From Tubiluchus corallicola (taxonomy: Eukaryota; Animalia; Priapulida): DNA of 25,865 nt. The stretch lies in the NCBI GenBank assembly GCA_030141605.1, contig JAQGDQ010001777.1:1-25865 (forward strand), written 5' to 3'. This document shows, in pieces, positions 24,107-25,865 of this stretch; within the stretch, counting starts at the first letter, position 1, and each line of letters starts with the position of its first letter. Under the pieces are notes generated by a model. The model did not search any database. It was not told where the DNA came from and saw nothing but the letters and a program-made list of their open reading frames with translations. The position numbers and the translations under genes were made by a program.

Positions 24107-24813
24107 CTCCTTCAGGCCCGCACCATTCAAAATAAGTCTTACAAGTCGTACATGATTTTTCTGCTACTGTATCAGCACAGACATAACTAAATGGTTACAA
24201 ATTCGGCACTGTTCTATTCAGGAGAATCTCGTTATCCAATCGTGCTATTTGTTTGAAGTTTGTACGTGATTTAATTGGATAAAATTAAGCAAGATTTGTC
24301 CTTTTCAGGCACGCCATCTTAGCCTATTCAGTAGGTTAGTCTGGTGTACACTTGCGTGATCGTACACGCTAATTTATTAATCGCATGCTTGCTACATTCC
24401 AAGCTGTGCAGAGTTCTGCTGCTATTCCAGGAAAAACCAACCGATCAGCCAAGGACAAATTAAGGTCGTTTTATCTTTTAGCAGAATTTCTCATTAAATA
24501 TAGAATAGCCTTGAGGCTGAAGTGTATCAAAGTGTTGTGTCTGGATAGTTGAAATTTTCTACATTAGCTGATTTCACACAAGTGATACTGTACATTGTTA
24601 CAGTGCAAACACTGCAGTTAATGAAAGGTTTTTCAATTTATTTGTTAAAAATTGATTTTTAATTTGTCTAAGGTGAGCAAATGCATTTCATATATGATTT
24701 TGCATAACACCTACAAAAATTATCAAATATAACGTAATCGCTGCTTAGTGAGAGCAGATTTTCATGAACCCGTGCAAAATGCAGCAACTGAATGCAATAC
24801 GGTCCTGAAGGAG
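24107..24813. mobile_element. Non-autonomous piggyBac-like element (707 bp)
   Basis: TTAA at 24103-24106 and 24814-24817; TIRs CTCCTTCAGG(c/a)CCG with 13 of 14 bases matching and weaker similarity further in; no ORF. Confidence 0.8.
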
Positions 24814-25019
24814 TTAAAGAAAGAGTGTACAATGGCGGCCTTTTGATGCACAGGAATCAAAGGTTTAATTTTTGAACGCTGGGCCCAAATACGCTCTAAA
24901 GAAGTAAGAGATTGTGTCAACTGTTGGAAGAAATGTCTTTTTTATGTTGCAGTGGAACTAGTGGTCGCGTAGAGCACTTGCTGTAAATTTTACAAATAGT
25001 GACAATTTTTTTCAGGCTA

Positions 25020-25257
<238 letters not shown>

Positions 25258-25865
25258 TAGGAAGGGAGCTCAGGGAAGGAAAAATTGTATTTTATGTGAT
25301 TTACCATATAGTGACACAATTTTTTCTAGAAAGGCTTTCATTTTTAGCTTGTGTCTGAAAAGATCTATGGGAGATGACCTAGAATTTTATGCATAATCAT
25401 CTGTTATCAGTAGTATTTTCGTACCATTCTGTTTTTTTGTTTAATATTCTGTTAAAACGCGTACACAGTTTTTTGCGCCACATGATATTTTTTTTGTTAT
25501 AATCATGTTCACGTATTTTTTGTTGCTGAGAATTTTGTAAGCTTACTGCATTTATTATCTATTTTTTAATTCGTAACTAATAATTGTGATGTTTGTATCA
25601 TCTTCATTTATTATTATTCTTTTTTTTCACTTATGCTATTGTTGTTTATGTTTGTTTTTATAATTTTGCTTTTGTTATTGCTTTATTTTGATTAGTTTAT
25701 TTGCATCCTGTGTCATCAATTCTTTTTTCTGTCATCAATATTAAATTATAAGGGGTGAGTGAGTAGATGACCTACGGTCTTTCCTCGCCCCATCTCCACA
25801 GACAAAGTTATTTTTTCGTAAAATGGAAATTTGTGACACAAATTGGAGAAAAATAAAATGTCTAT

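Overview
AT-rich, intron- and repeat-rich eukaryotic DNA, most likely from an invertebrate animal; no prokaryotic features (operons, CRISPR, rRNA) are visible. Three genes are supported. (1) The 5' part of a minus-strand SLC7 light-chain (LAT/b0,+AT-type) amino-acid transporter: four phase-1-compatible coding exons at 12152-12119, 6668-6495, 4999-4898 and 3996-3727, with the remainder not found in the window. (2) An uninterrupted 425-codon minus-strand ORF (1815-538) for a Ser/Pro/Glu/Thr-rich protein I do not recognise, lying where the next SLC7 intron should be. (3) A plus-strand secreted neuropeptide-type precursor (21128-21326 + 22439-22551) with a signal peptide and one RR-MNEFPRF-GR cassette, predicting MNEFPRF-amide, plus a TATA/E-box promoter candidate at about 20340-20400. 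The rest comprises a local segmental duplication carrying a truncated SLC7 exon copy, minisatellites placed at intron 5' ends, five LINE ORF2 remnants (one with an 11-bp target-site duplication), several TIR non-autonomous elements (TTAA- and TA-flanked) and microsatellites. Most short ORFs in the track are artefacts of these repeats. All family assignments are from motif recognition by eye, not database searches.
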